From Squalus acanthias (lineage: Eukaryota), in contig CM059426.1 of NCBI GenBank assembly GCA_030390025.1, forward strand, positions 119,660,001-119,724,000: DNA of 64,000 bases, written 5' to 3'. Below the pieces are notes generated by a model. The model searched no databases, was not told the origin of the DNA, and was given only the letters and a program-made list of their open reading frames with translations. Shown one piece after another: positions 13,190-24,429 of the stretch. Position 1 is the stretch's first letter. Each line of letters opens with the position of its first letter. Both the position numbers and the translations under genes were made by a program.

Positions 13190-13680
13190 ATATTACCTGA
13201 TCTGGCTAAACAAAGGTAGAATTATAAAGCACAGTAGACTTCCATTTGTGAACCCAGGATCATAACACACTCGAGACGGCATCTGCTAATCAGCCAGGTT
13301 TATGTGTTGTATTAAAGTCATATCCGACAGAAACTCAGCATGTTGCATAATTACATCATTGTTCTAGTCGAGTGAGGTAAGTATTTAAAACATTTGTAGG
13401 GAACTTGTGAACCAGACATAAGACACTCGGGGCTTCAATAATCAGATTGACGCCTTGTGTAAATGTCATATTATGTAGCAGAAACATATCATGGCAGTGT
13501 TCCACCACAGAAGTCTATCACACTTTATAATTATACTATTCTTCTACTTGGGTGAGGTAAGTACTTAAGAACTTGACAAAGTTAACACAATTCACACTTG
13601 GGACTTCAACAGGCTAGTGTAATTCAATTAGGTTCACCTTGTATAAAAATCATATGTAACAGGAACAGGTTCTGACACAG
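13190..13680. repeat. Diverged tandem repeat, period about 180 bp, 2.5-3 copies
   Basis: ACAGAA at 13327/13507 and GTGAGGTAAGTA at 13372/13552 lie exactly 180 bp apart; ACACTCG/ACACTTG and TTGTGAACC recur. Confidence 0.7.
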
Positions 13681-14261
13681 ACAGCATCAACAATCAAAAC
13701 TGGCCCTAAGTATAAATGCTTTGCAAACTATTGTGTGTTCATTATTTTTTTCCACATAACATTCATTTACAAGCACAGCACTGTATGTTCTCAATTAACA
13801 GTGAGCAGCCATTTCTAAAATCGAAACTACAACATAACATGCATAGGTGACTTAGTGGAACAGTACATCAGAGCATTAATGGGCAATGCCACAGAGGGGG
13901 CAGATGTGTGTTTAGAGTCTCACACCATTAAGTTCTTGGTCTCAGTCATGTTACTGAGTGGACAGCAACAGAAATCAAAGGTCCTCATTTCCCAGCCACA
14001 CTGGAATATACCCTAGTGGCCCGTTTAAGAATTACATTGGTGAAGACCCAAGTGCCTCCCTCCCTATCAGCTCTTGCTCTTTATGAGGCCTCTCTTTATT
14101 TAGCCGCTTAACCTCCATACCTCTTCTGGATTGTGCAGCCTTATACATCAACTCCTTTAATCTCTTTTTACATGGAGTGCCCTTAGGTTGATTCTCCTGG
14201 GTCTGATTTCACTTTTTTATTACTCAGAATTATTCCACTGACAGCATTAGTACTCTTCTTT

Positions 14262-15440
14262 TACATAGAATATACAGCACAGGAACAGGCCATTCATCCC
14301 AACTAGTCTATGCTGGTGTTTATACTCCGCACGAGTCTCCTCCCATTCCATCTGCCTCATCTCAGCCTTTCAGCATATCTTTCTATTCCCTTTTCTCTCA
14401 TGTACTCGTCTAGTTTCCTTTTGAAAGCATCTAAGTTATTTGCCTCAACCACTTCCTGTGGTAGTGAGTTCCACATTCTAACCACTCTCTGTGTACAGAA
14501 ATTTCTCTTTATTTCCCTCTTGCATTTATGAGTAACTATCTTGTATTAATGGCCACTAGCTTTTGATTCTCCCACAAGTGGAAACATTCTCTCCACATCT
14601 ACCCTGTCCAACCCATTCATAATTTTAAAGACCTCTATCAGGTCACCTCTAAGTCTTCTATTTTCTAAAGAAAAAAGTCCCAACCTGTTCAATCCTTCCT
14701 GATAGCTGTAATCTCTCATTTTTGGTACCATCCTTGTAAATCTTTTTTGCACTTTCTCCAGTGCTTCTATGTCCTTTGTATAGTATGGAGACCAGAACTG
14801 TGCACAGTACTCTAACTGAGGCCTGACCAGGGGCCTATATAAGTGTAACATAACTTCACCACTTTTGAATTCTATACCCCTAGAAATAAATCCTGGTGCT
14901 TTGTTAGCATTTTTAATTGCTTTGCTGACCTGCGATGCTGCTTTTAATGATTTGCTCACCTGTATCCCTAGATCCCTTTGCTCTTCTACCCTATTCAGTT
15001 TCTTATTTTCTAAAGGTGTAGGTGATGTTTCTATTTTTCCTATCAAAGTGCATCTCCTCACATTTATTTATGTTAAAGTTCATTTGCCACTTAACTGCCC
15101 AGTCTGCATGTTTTCTAATGTCTTCTTGTATTATGTTGCATTCTTCCTCCGTGTTAGCTATACCCCCAATTTGGTATCATCTGCAAATTTTGATATTGAG
15201 TTAATTGTTCCTAAGTCCAAATCAATAATGTAAATTATGAGTAACAGTGGTCCCAGCACTGATCCTTGTGGAACATTGCTTTCTACCTTCCTCCAATCTA
15301 AATAACTACCCTTTACCCCTACTCTCTGCTTTCTATTTTTCAGCCAATTTGCTATCCATTCAGCCATTTGTCGACTGACTCCACATGCCCTAACCTTTGT
15401 CATAAGCCTACCGTGTGGTACCTTATCGAAGGTCTCTATC
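14262..15440 (-). mobile_element. CR1 LINE fragment (RT domain to 3' end), decayed
   Basis: ORFs 15158-15472 'FDKVPHGRL...[11 protein letters not shown]...[10 protein letters not shown]' and 14546-15061 'LVRPQLEYCAQFWSPY...LEKVQKRFTRM'. Confidence 0.95.
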
Positions 15441-15789
15441 TCCTCCAGTCTTACTCTTGCAATCAAAGACAATTTTCTTTTTATCCTCTTAGACTAACTG
15501 CAAAGCAACTATTTGTTTCATTCTTTTTGGCATTAAAAAACTCTAGCATTTAATAAGTAGGCATCCCAGCAACCACCACTCCTGGAAGTCTAAGCCACTG
15601 CCTACTCCTATTGGTTTCTGTGTGACTGAGTCCTTGATTGACTTCTGAGATGGGCAATTCAGAGAGCTTGCCTTCGGGAATGACAGTTCCCAAGAATAAA
15701 ATGGCCATCGACAGCCATCCACACACTGCAGCTTGGCTGAGTCTTTGGCTGAGGCAGATTGTCAACTAATCGGGAGCAAAAGCAGACAA

Positions 15790-16010
15790 AACTATAAAAA
15801 CAGTGCAGATCAATCAGCATCTGTGGCGAGGCCAGACAGTTAACCTTTCATGTTGATACCTTTCATCAGAACTGAAAAATAAGAGATGTACAAACATATT
15901 AATAGCATCAGAAAATGGTTGTACGGCCTGGTCCCTCGTGGCTGTGCTTTTGTAGGGCCAATGTTGTTGAGCTTCTTTGGAACAACATAAGCAGACAAGG
16001 ACAGAGAGGG
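15790..16010 (-). mobile_element. Penelope-like terminal repeat fragment with degenerate hammerhead motif
   Basis: Minus strand reads CAGTT-CTGATGA-AAGGTATCAACAT-GAAA-GG-TT-AACTG; homologous to 19400-19560. Confidence 0.65.
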
Positions 16011-16429
16011 GGAATATATATAAAAGCAGACAAACAAACACAAACAGTGGGCTAATTGCTGGATGATGTAACATATCATCTCAGTTAAATAATAGAAAGA
16101 AGCATTAAAGAATTTTTTTTTAAATTGAAGAAACAAAGGATCTGTGAATAGGCAAGGCACTGACAGACCTAAGGAAAATGGGAGAAATGAAAAACTTGCA
16201 GGTCAGCTTTGAAATTGAAACTGGTTTGAAACAGAAAAAAATATTTTGGCAAAATGCAATGGGTCCACCAGCTCTGAAAAGAAAAGAATAGGTCAACAGG
16301 GAGGGTGCAGGTTCCCCCCTCCCCCAATCTGCATTGCATTCTGATGAAGAAACCCTCCACCCCCCAGAACACCAACTTATCTTCCATGCCCCCTCTGGAC
16401 ACCGACAGACCCAACCCCACATCCCAGCA

Positions 16430-17165
16430 ACTGTTGCTGTAAAGGAAATAATTATAGGACATACTGAAGCCATTGTTCAGAACAGAGGGAGCCGAGGAGA
16501 AAGATGAGATATTGTTCCACCAGCTCAGGAATGGTGGTTGCAGGGCCTGAATTGTCGATGGAAAGGACCTTCGCTTTTCTAGTGCCAATGTTGTTGAGCT
16601 TCTTTGGAACTACGTAAGAGACCAAAGACAGAGCGATCAGTGTGGAAATGGGAGGGGGAGTTAAAGTGGTGAACCACAGGGAGCTCGGGGTCACACTTGC
16701 AAACAGAATGGAAGTGTTTGGCAAAGTGGTCACCTAATCTGCATCTGGTCCCCCCCATGTAGAGGAGACCGTACCATGAGCAGTGAGTACAGTGTACTAG
16801 ATTAGAGTAAGTACACTGAAATTGCTGTCTTATATGGAAGGAGGGTTTGGAGGCCTGATAAAAAGTGTAAGAGGAGATGAATGGACAGTTGCACAGGAAG
16901 CTTTCACGGGAAGGATAGTTGGAAAGTGGATGTGGTTAAAGCGTGAACTAAGGTGTCACAGAGGGAATAACCCTTCCAGGGAGGGGAGGTGACATTTGTT
17001 TGGTAGGATATGCTGTAGGTGGTGGAAATGCCAATACAGAGGCCTTTGGGGTGGAAAATGAGAACAGGGAACTCTGTCATGGTTGTGAGAGGAGAGGGAC
17101 GGGGGTCAGGTCAGAAGTATAAGAAATGAGATGGGCCCGGTCGGTCAAAGACCCTTTGACAATCA
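16430..17165 (-). mobile_element. Penelope-like element remnant (GIY-YIG region)
   Basis: Minus-strand 'EQYLIFLLGSL' and TACATGGGGGGGACCAGATGCAGATTAGGTGACCACTTTGC (Y-x-G-x-T-R-C-R-L-G-D-H-F) are typical PLE endonuclease motifs. Confidence 0.75.
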
Positions 17166-18283
17166 GCGCCATCAGCTTCCTGGAATAGTATTTTCTTATA
17201 CAGGAAGTCCCTTTGTAGATTTCTGAGCGCTAGACTTGGGAATCTTTAGGTACAAATGTAAAGTGTGAAACAAAGAAGTGTCTCTAAATAATACTGCTTA
17301 CTCTTCATCACACCAGTCTGCGTGTACCCAATTGATGTTTGTCATTTGCAGAACTGCAAATGTTTGAGTTTAGTTTGTGCAGTATATAATTATCTAGTTC
17401 ACTTTGTTCTTTTTATAGTACTGCAAATAAAAAGGTATTCACACATGCTCATGGTTTTGTTTAGTCTAAATACTCTTGTGTGTCCTGTCAGAGTACAGTT
17501 TAAGGTTTCCTCAGTACATCTTTAGCTAGGGAATCTTTCGCAGGGAATCTTTCATTGTACAGACACACTCTCCTCCCAATTGGGAAGGACTTACAGTAAT
17601 GGTAACGAACTCTCGTGACACGTTTAAATAAACTGCTCTTATTCTCTAACAGCAGGGAGCTCCTTTCACACACAGTCACTTTGTCTACAACACCACTTCG
17701 TCATCCGCTGCACAAACACTGGGACTGACGCAGTTTACCAGTGGTGACCTAGTCTAAAGCTCTCTTAAAACCCCAGAGGCTTCTAGGATTAGTCCCACAT
17801 ATATTGAAAATTTCTCCAGTGCAAACCATGCCAAACAATGTATATTGTTGCAAATGTTCACTGCAGGAGCCATGACTTCAATGCTGATTTGGAATGAAGA
17901 TTCTGTAGTGGAAATACATTCCTTGGGCAACAGCACAGTGGACTGTATCATTAGCATCTAGAAAAGGTGCAAAGTCATTCTAAAAGCCAGGCTAAGTCAA
18001 CAAAATTCATCAAGCAGCTTAATGTGGAACTAGAATACCGCAGACTCCTGTGGTGCCCTGAATAGAAAGCAACAGGCCCATTCACTAAGATCATAATGAA
18101 GTTTTGAACAAAAAGGGCCATTTGGGTCGGTCATCAAGTTCACTTTTCCCAATGTCCATGTATAATTTGGATTGTAATGGACTCTGCCAAAGTTATTTAT
18201 TGAGACTGTAAAATATGAATAACATTTCCAAAGAACAAAATGATCTGTTTTGATTTGTAATCCTACATACTTGTAACATGCAT

Positions 18284-18694
18284 TGTTAATTGTATTTAAA
18301 TGGTGTATCGCAATTGGGTTTTAATTGTATTCAGGTGATGGGTCTCTCTTGTGCACATATATATATGGACAAATGTGAGAAGTCGCACAACACCAGGTTA
18401 TAGTCCAACAGGTTTATTTGAAATCACAAGCTTTCAAATAAAACTGTTGGACTATAACCTGGTGTTGTGCAACTTCTCACATTTGTCCACCCCAGTCCAA
18501 CACCGGCATCTCCACATCATATATATATGGGAGTAGGCTGGGGAAGGGTTGCAAGTTGATCTGTGGGGGTGGGGGCGGGGGCACGGGCACGGGCACAGTA
18601 TGTAATGTGTGTCTCTGTAAATAAAGGCTTGTAAGCAACTAAAGACTAGGTTATAGTGTTCTATCCTTCACCACCTGGCTCTACGCCTTTAACA
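18284..18694 (+). mobile_element. Solo LTR (TGTTAA...TTAACA) with TGCAT target-site duplication
   Basis: Terminal 6-bp inverted repeat; TGCAT at 18279-18283 and 18695-18699; AATAAA at 18620; interrupted by a fold-back insertion at its TATA-like tract. Confidence 0.7.
18366..18517. mobile_element. Fold-back insertion derived from a Penelope-like terminal repeat
   Basis: 58-bp arms 18366-18423 and 18432-18489 (56/58 complementary) with an 8-nt loop; CATATATATATGG on both sides. Confidence 0.75.
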
Positions 18695-18984
18695 TGCATA
18701 GCGCGGACTGGGTACTTTCCGTGAATAATTGATATGTTTTGGTCTTTTCTAGCTTTATCAATCCAAATGGCTTTTAATGTAGATAAATGTAAAGCCATGC
18801 ACATTGTACCAGGAAATAGCAATAGCAAACACTGGTACATGATGTTATGTAGGGAAGTTAAAAAGCGAGCCTCACTGAATTAAGTTTGTTTTCACTAGAT
18901 TGAGAATGGCATGATCTAATTTTTAAAATTCTGCCCAGAATGGAGAATGGATAATAATAGGGACTCCGTTCAGTTCGTAAGGGT

Positions 18985-19563
18985 GACCCCGAGCTTCCGG
19001 TCACCTGTCACTTTAGTTCTCCGTTCCACTCCCACTCTGACCTCTCCGTCCTCGGCCTCTTACACTGTTCCAACGAAGCTCAATGTAAGCTCGCGGAACA
19101 GCACCTCATCTTTCAATTAGGCACTTTACAGCCTTCTGGACTCAACATTGAGCTCAACAGTTTCAGACCATAACCTCTGCACCTATTTTTTTTCACATGG
19201 CAGCTGTTGATGATTCTGCCATTGCCATTTACACCTTCATCTAGACTCATCTTTTGTTTCTTAACTTGTCCCATAACCATCTCCTTTTGCTTTGTACTAT
19301 CATACCTTTTGTCATTTAATCTCTCCTGCCTTCCACCCTATCACAGATCTTCCCTTTTGTACTTACCTCCTCTCCCCCCTTTCCCTGCCCCTACACTTGC
19401 TTAAAAATCTGTTACATCGCTAACTTTTTCCAGTTCTGATGAAAGGTCATCGATCTGAAACGTTAACTGTTTCTCTCTCTACAGATGCTGCCTGACCTGC
19501 TGAGTATTTCTAGCATTTTCTGTTTTAATTTCAGATTTCCAGCATCCGAAGTATTTTGCTTTT
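18985..19563 (+). mobile_element. Penelope-like element 3' end (GIY-YIG tail plus pseudo-LTR), inserted in an older CR1 fragment
   Basis: CACTCCCACTCTGACCTCTCCGTCCTCGGCCTC...GAACAGCACCTCATCTTT...GGACTCAACATTGAG; decayed CR1-like sequence on both sides (about 18740-18960 and 19610-19750). Confidence 0.85.
19431..19469 (+). ncRNA. Minimal type-I hammerhead ribozyme motif
   Basis: Stem I CAGTT/AACTG; core CTGATGA; stem II AGGTC-atc-GATCT; GAAA; palindromic stem III (AACGTT); GUU cleavage triplet. Confidence 0.7.
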
Positions 19564-20539
19564 GTAATAATAATAATAATGGGTATGCATGTTTTTTACA
19601 AAAAAATCAAAGAACTGGAGAAAATTAATCATGTTTAAGTGTAACTTATGGTTAGAATGGCTTTTACCCCACCGAGAGTTGTGGATATGTTGAATAGACG
19701 CTGATCCAGCACAGTCAATGCTGTGTCGACACCTTAAAAAGAGCTAGGGGTTAAGGCACCTTGTTTGGTCTTGGTTTCAGGGGATGTTAGGCCTGGAGAA
19801 ATGGAGGAGTGCAAGGTCCCTATCTACTAGTGATCATGTCGGTTGGAGTCATTGCCCTTCATGTGTAGGTTGTCGTGCTGTGAGGGGCTAGTTTGTACTG
19901 AGCGAGCCTCCAAGAACTAGCCTCAGATTGAATAATATTGTTCCAGTTCCTGGCACAGGCAGAACATCGAAAGGGGCAGGGCTGCAGCTACTTGCAGTTA
20001 GCAGCCAGAGTGCGCCAGCTTGCTTATTGCAGGGGGACCCCACCCTCCAGTTGGGATCTGCATGTACACATTCAGAAAATATGGGTAAATGTCTGCCTTT
20101 AGAATTCAATATTGCAAAAAAGAGTTTGATGATTCCTGCCCATGAAATGTCATGACAAGGAATGCAATTGCTGATCTAGGATGTGTAATGTAGGGTGAGA
20201 GAAAAGATGGGTTTCTGGAATTTTGCTCGATTTAACTTTGCAGCATCTTTCCTCATGAGAACAAAGGTGTTGCATATTATTCCCAAGAGACTGGATTGCA
20301 CATGCTTTGTGGAGGGAGCAGGCTTAATGGGCCAAATGACCTATTCTGGTGCTCGCCCCATTGGCCACACACTCACCACTCACCCCGTTAAAATCGTGGC
20401 TATGAAATTGCGTTTGTCTTACCCAATCTACTTATTGTTATGAATATTCCCAATCACCTCTACAGTGGTTATGTGATAACATCACTTGGTGTTATTAGCG
20501 CACATCATACATTAACTGAAAATACTAGTTATAATTAAT

Positions 20540-20935
20540 GTAAGCAAAAGGTGACCCAGAACAGTCTCCTGCAGAGCTCGATAGTCATAAACCCCCAAAC
20601 AGAAATGTGTTTATTTATCATTACCTTGAGCTTTATGTTGCTCAGCCAATTTTCAGTCTGGTACTTTGCCATTAATTGTATGCACCTTCACTGTTTTCTA
20701 GAGCCTCAGATGTAGGACTTATAAAATGCCTTCTAAATATCCAATTATATTAAGCTCACTGGATTGCCCTCATCTACTTAACCTAGTTGCCTCTGCAAAG
20801 AATTGCGGTTGATTTGTAAGCCATAGACTATTGATCTACAACATGCCAACTGTTCCTTATGTCCTACCCTCTTTGTTCTTTACATGAACATTGATAATAC
20901 CTCGTAAAAAATTCTTCAGGATTTTCCTGTGAGCA
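20540..20935 (-). mobile_element. Old CR1 RT fragment
   Basis: AATGCCTTCTAAATATCCAATTATATTAAGCTCACTGGATTGCCCTCATC is the reverse complement of a decayed 'DEGNPV...YLDF.KAF' motif. Confidence 0.55.
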
Positions 20936-21580
20936 GTAGTGAAGAACGTGTCCCTAAAATGCTACCAGTGTTCTCACCATTTCAACACATGTATCTTTCA
21001 AAGCCTGTAATCTTCCTGCACCCATGGAGTGAACAACTATAAAAAAAATTACACCACATATCTTTCATAATTCAGTAAGTGCCATGTTTTTTGTCTGAAG
21101 TATTTGTTAGTCAAGTATTACAGTAGAAGATGATGGGTTACAATTATGTGGGTTGATGCTTTATTCAAAAATGGTGCAAATATTTTAGGACTTAAATATT
21201 TCCTGGTTTTTGTCAGCTCTCGGTCAGTTCAGTCTGATTCTTTCTTGCCAAGTACCGTTTGGTTGAGTTCTTCTCAGATGATATGAAGGGAGGGTTATTT
21301 TATATTCAAAGATAACTCTGGTTCATGCTTGCATTAGACAGAAAACTGACGTATCATGAGCACGTTGTGCAAAATTGTCAAAGAGAGCAGTTGTTAATGT
21401 TGTGGTATGTGGAAGAAGGAAAGCTTGGTAAGGTACATGTTGAGCTTTTCTAGAGGGAATTTGTGCCCGAGGAAACTCACTTATTAGAAAAACAGATGAT
21501 GTATGTCATCCTTGAATCAACCAATTGTATTCTGTCCTGCCATTCGTTCTGGCCAGGAATAAATTTGTAAAAGACACATT

Positions 21581-22267
21581 GGGCCGTATTTTCCGATTGG
21601 AGGCTTCCCGCGTGCGGAGGCCTCCAATCTGGAAAAAATCTACGCACTTATCTGAGGTGGTAAAGTTCCGATGCTGGGCCTCTCCAACTCCAAGTGCGCA
21701 GGGCCCACGTATCCCAGGGGCGCATGCGGAGCCAATCAAAGAAGGGAATCTCCCTTCATACACTTGACAGATAGACCTGTCAAATATATGAATGGAGATC
21801 ACCCCAAAAACACTTTAAAACATTAAATAGATTTTTTTAAAACATCACTTTTTAAAAATTAGTTGAAATTACAATAAATTAAATATTTTAAACAAAAATT
21901 TAATTTTTTGAAAAAAATAATTAAAGTTTTTTATGGGGCTAAAAATATACTTACCTTTTTTTAAAAGTATTTTTAAATGATAAATAAGTGAAAAATTTAA
22001 AAAAAAAACAAAACTTTTTTTCAACTCTTATCCTGGTAAAAGCAGGCCTTTACCAGGCATAAGAATTCTAAGGGTTTTCTGCGGGCGGAGGGTCTCCAGA
22101 AAGCTGAACTATCCGCCCGCAGAGGCCCTTCTCCAGAGGATTCTTGACAGATCGGAAATGCTGGTTTTCAGCGCATGTGCTGTTCATGCCTGAAACCAGC
22201 ATTTCCGATGTCCCTATGGGTGTGTACACAGCGCATACCCACCCGTAGGGATCGGAATATCCGGCCC
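21581..22267. mobile_element. MITE with GC-rich ends and AT-rich core (Harbinger-type)
   Basis: TIR GGGCCGTATTTTCCGAT / ATCGGAATATCCGGCCC (15/17); flanks ATT/AAT; homologous to 30865-31630. Confidence 0.85.
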
Positions 22268-22489
22268 AATATATTGTGCACCAAACTCATTCATTTCAAG
22301 ACTGTTGGATACAACAGAGTGGCACAAGTATACCTTTATGTTCAGAATTGCACCAATGAGATATCACAGCATTACTATTCAGATCAGGATCACTAACCTG
22401 GTAGAACTTTGCTGGTAACTCAACACAGAGTAGGAGCCAAAGCTGACAGTTTCCTGGTCATTGTCACTGAGCCACTGGAGGCTAGTTTT

Positions 22490-24305
22490 TAAAAATTAGT
22501 TCCCGGGATGTGGGCGTCACTGGCAACACCAGCATTTATTGCCCATCCCTAATTGTCCTTGAGAAGGTGGTGGTGAGCCGCCTTCTTGAACCGCTGCAGT
22601 CCATGTGGTGAAGGTACTCCCACAGTGCTGTTAGGGAGGGAGTTCCAGGACTTTGACCCAGCGACGATGAAGGATCGGCGATATACTTCTAAGTCAGGAT
22701 GGTGTGCGACTTGGATGGGAACTTGGAGGTGATGGTGTCCCCATGCGCCTGCTGCCCTTGTCCTTCTAGGTGGTAGAGGTCGCGAGTTTGGGAGGTGCTG
22801 TCGAAGAAGCCTTGCCGAATTGCTGCAGTGCATCTTGTAGATGGTACACACTGCAGCCACGGTACGCCGGTGGTGGAGGGAGTGAATGTTTAAGGTGATG
22901 GATGGGGTGCCAATCAAGCGGGCTGCTTTGTCCTGGATGGTGTCGAGCTTCTTGAGTCTTGTTGGAGCTGTACTCATCCAGGCAATTGGAGAGTATTCCA
23001 TCGCACTCCTGACTTTTGCCTTGTAGATGGTGGAAAGGCTTTGGGGAGTCAGGAGGCGAGACACTTGCCGCAGAGTACCCAGCCTCTGACCTGCTCTTGC
23101 GGCCACAGTATTTATGTGGCTGGTCCAGTTAAGTTTCTGGTCAATGGTGACCTCCAGGATGTTGATGTTGGGGATTCAGTGATGGTTATGCCGTTGAATG
23201 TCAAGGGGCGGTGGTTAGACGCTCACTTGTTGGAGATAGTCATTGCTTGGCACTTGTGTGGCACGAATGTTACCTGCCACTTATCAGCCCAAACCTGAAT
23301 GTCGTCCAGGTTTTGCTGTATGCGGGCATGGACTGTTTAATTATCTGAGGAGTTGTGAATGGAACTGAACACTGTGCAGTCATCAGCAAACATCCCCAGT
23401 TCTGACCTTATGATGGAGGGAAGGTCGTTGATGAAGCAGTTGAAGATGTTTGGGCCTAGTCACTGCCCTGAGGAAGTCCTGCAGCGATGTCCTGTGGCTG
23501 AGATGATTGGCCTCCAACAACCACAACCATCTTCCTTTGTGCTAGGTATGACTCCAGCCAGTGGAGAATTTCCCCCAATTCCCATTGACTTCAATATTAC
23601 TAGGGCTCCTTGATGCTACACTTGGTCAAATGCTGCCTTGCAGTCACTCTCACCTCACCTCTGGAATTCAGCTCCTTTGTCCATGTTTGGGCCAAGGCTG
23701 TAATGAGGTCGGGAGCTGAGTGGTCCTAGTGGAATCCAAACTGAGCATCGGTGAGCAGATTATTGGTGAGTAAGTGCCGCTTGATAGCACTGTCGACGAC
23801 ACCTTCCATCACTTTGCTGATGATTGTGAGTAGACTGATGGGGCAGTAATTGGCCAGATTGGATTTGTCCTGCTTTTTGTGGACAGGACATACCTTGGCA
23901 GTTTTCCACATTGTCGGGTAGATGCCAGTGTTGTAGCTGTACATGAACAGCTTGGCTAAAGGCGCGGCTAGTTCTGGAGCGCAAGTCTTCAGCACGACAG
24001 CCCATTGTCAGGGCCCATAGCCTTTGCTGTATCCAGTGCACTCAGCCGTTTCCTGATATCACATGGAGTGAATTGAATTGGCTGAAGATTGGCTTCTGTG
24101 ATGGTGGGGACCTCAGGAGGAGGCCCAGATGGATCATCCACTCAGCACTTCTGGCTGAAGATGGTTGCAAATGCTTCAGCCTTGTCTTTTGTACTTGCAT
24201 GCTGGGCTCCGCCATCATTGAGGATGGGGATATTCATGGAGCCTCCTCCTCCCGTTAGTTGTTTAATTGTCCACCACCATTCACGACTGGATGTGGCAGG
24301 ACTGA
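22490..24305 (-). mobile_element. LINE (CR1/Jockey group) ORF2 reverse-transcriptase fragment with 3' end, frameshifted
   Basis: ORFs 23726-23995 'LKTCAPELAAPLAKLF...WKTAKVCPVHKK...NYCPISLL...QFGF' and 22549-23106 'LSTIYKAKVRSAMEYSPIAW...LDTIQDKAARLI'. Confidence 0.92.
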
Positions 24306-24429
24306 TTTGCAGTCTCACTATTTTTGTGTTGCCAATTAGTTGTATGTTTCCAGGTTAAAGCCTATGATCAGGCTATAGCTCCCAGCATAAAGAGTAGACT
24401 TCACAAAGGCGATTCAGAAATACTGTCCT

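Noticed and set aside
13294-13385. Antigen-receptor J segments (GGTTTATGT nonamer-like plus donor)
   Set aside because: No CACTGTG heptamer at 12 or 23 spacing and no F/W-G-X-G motif
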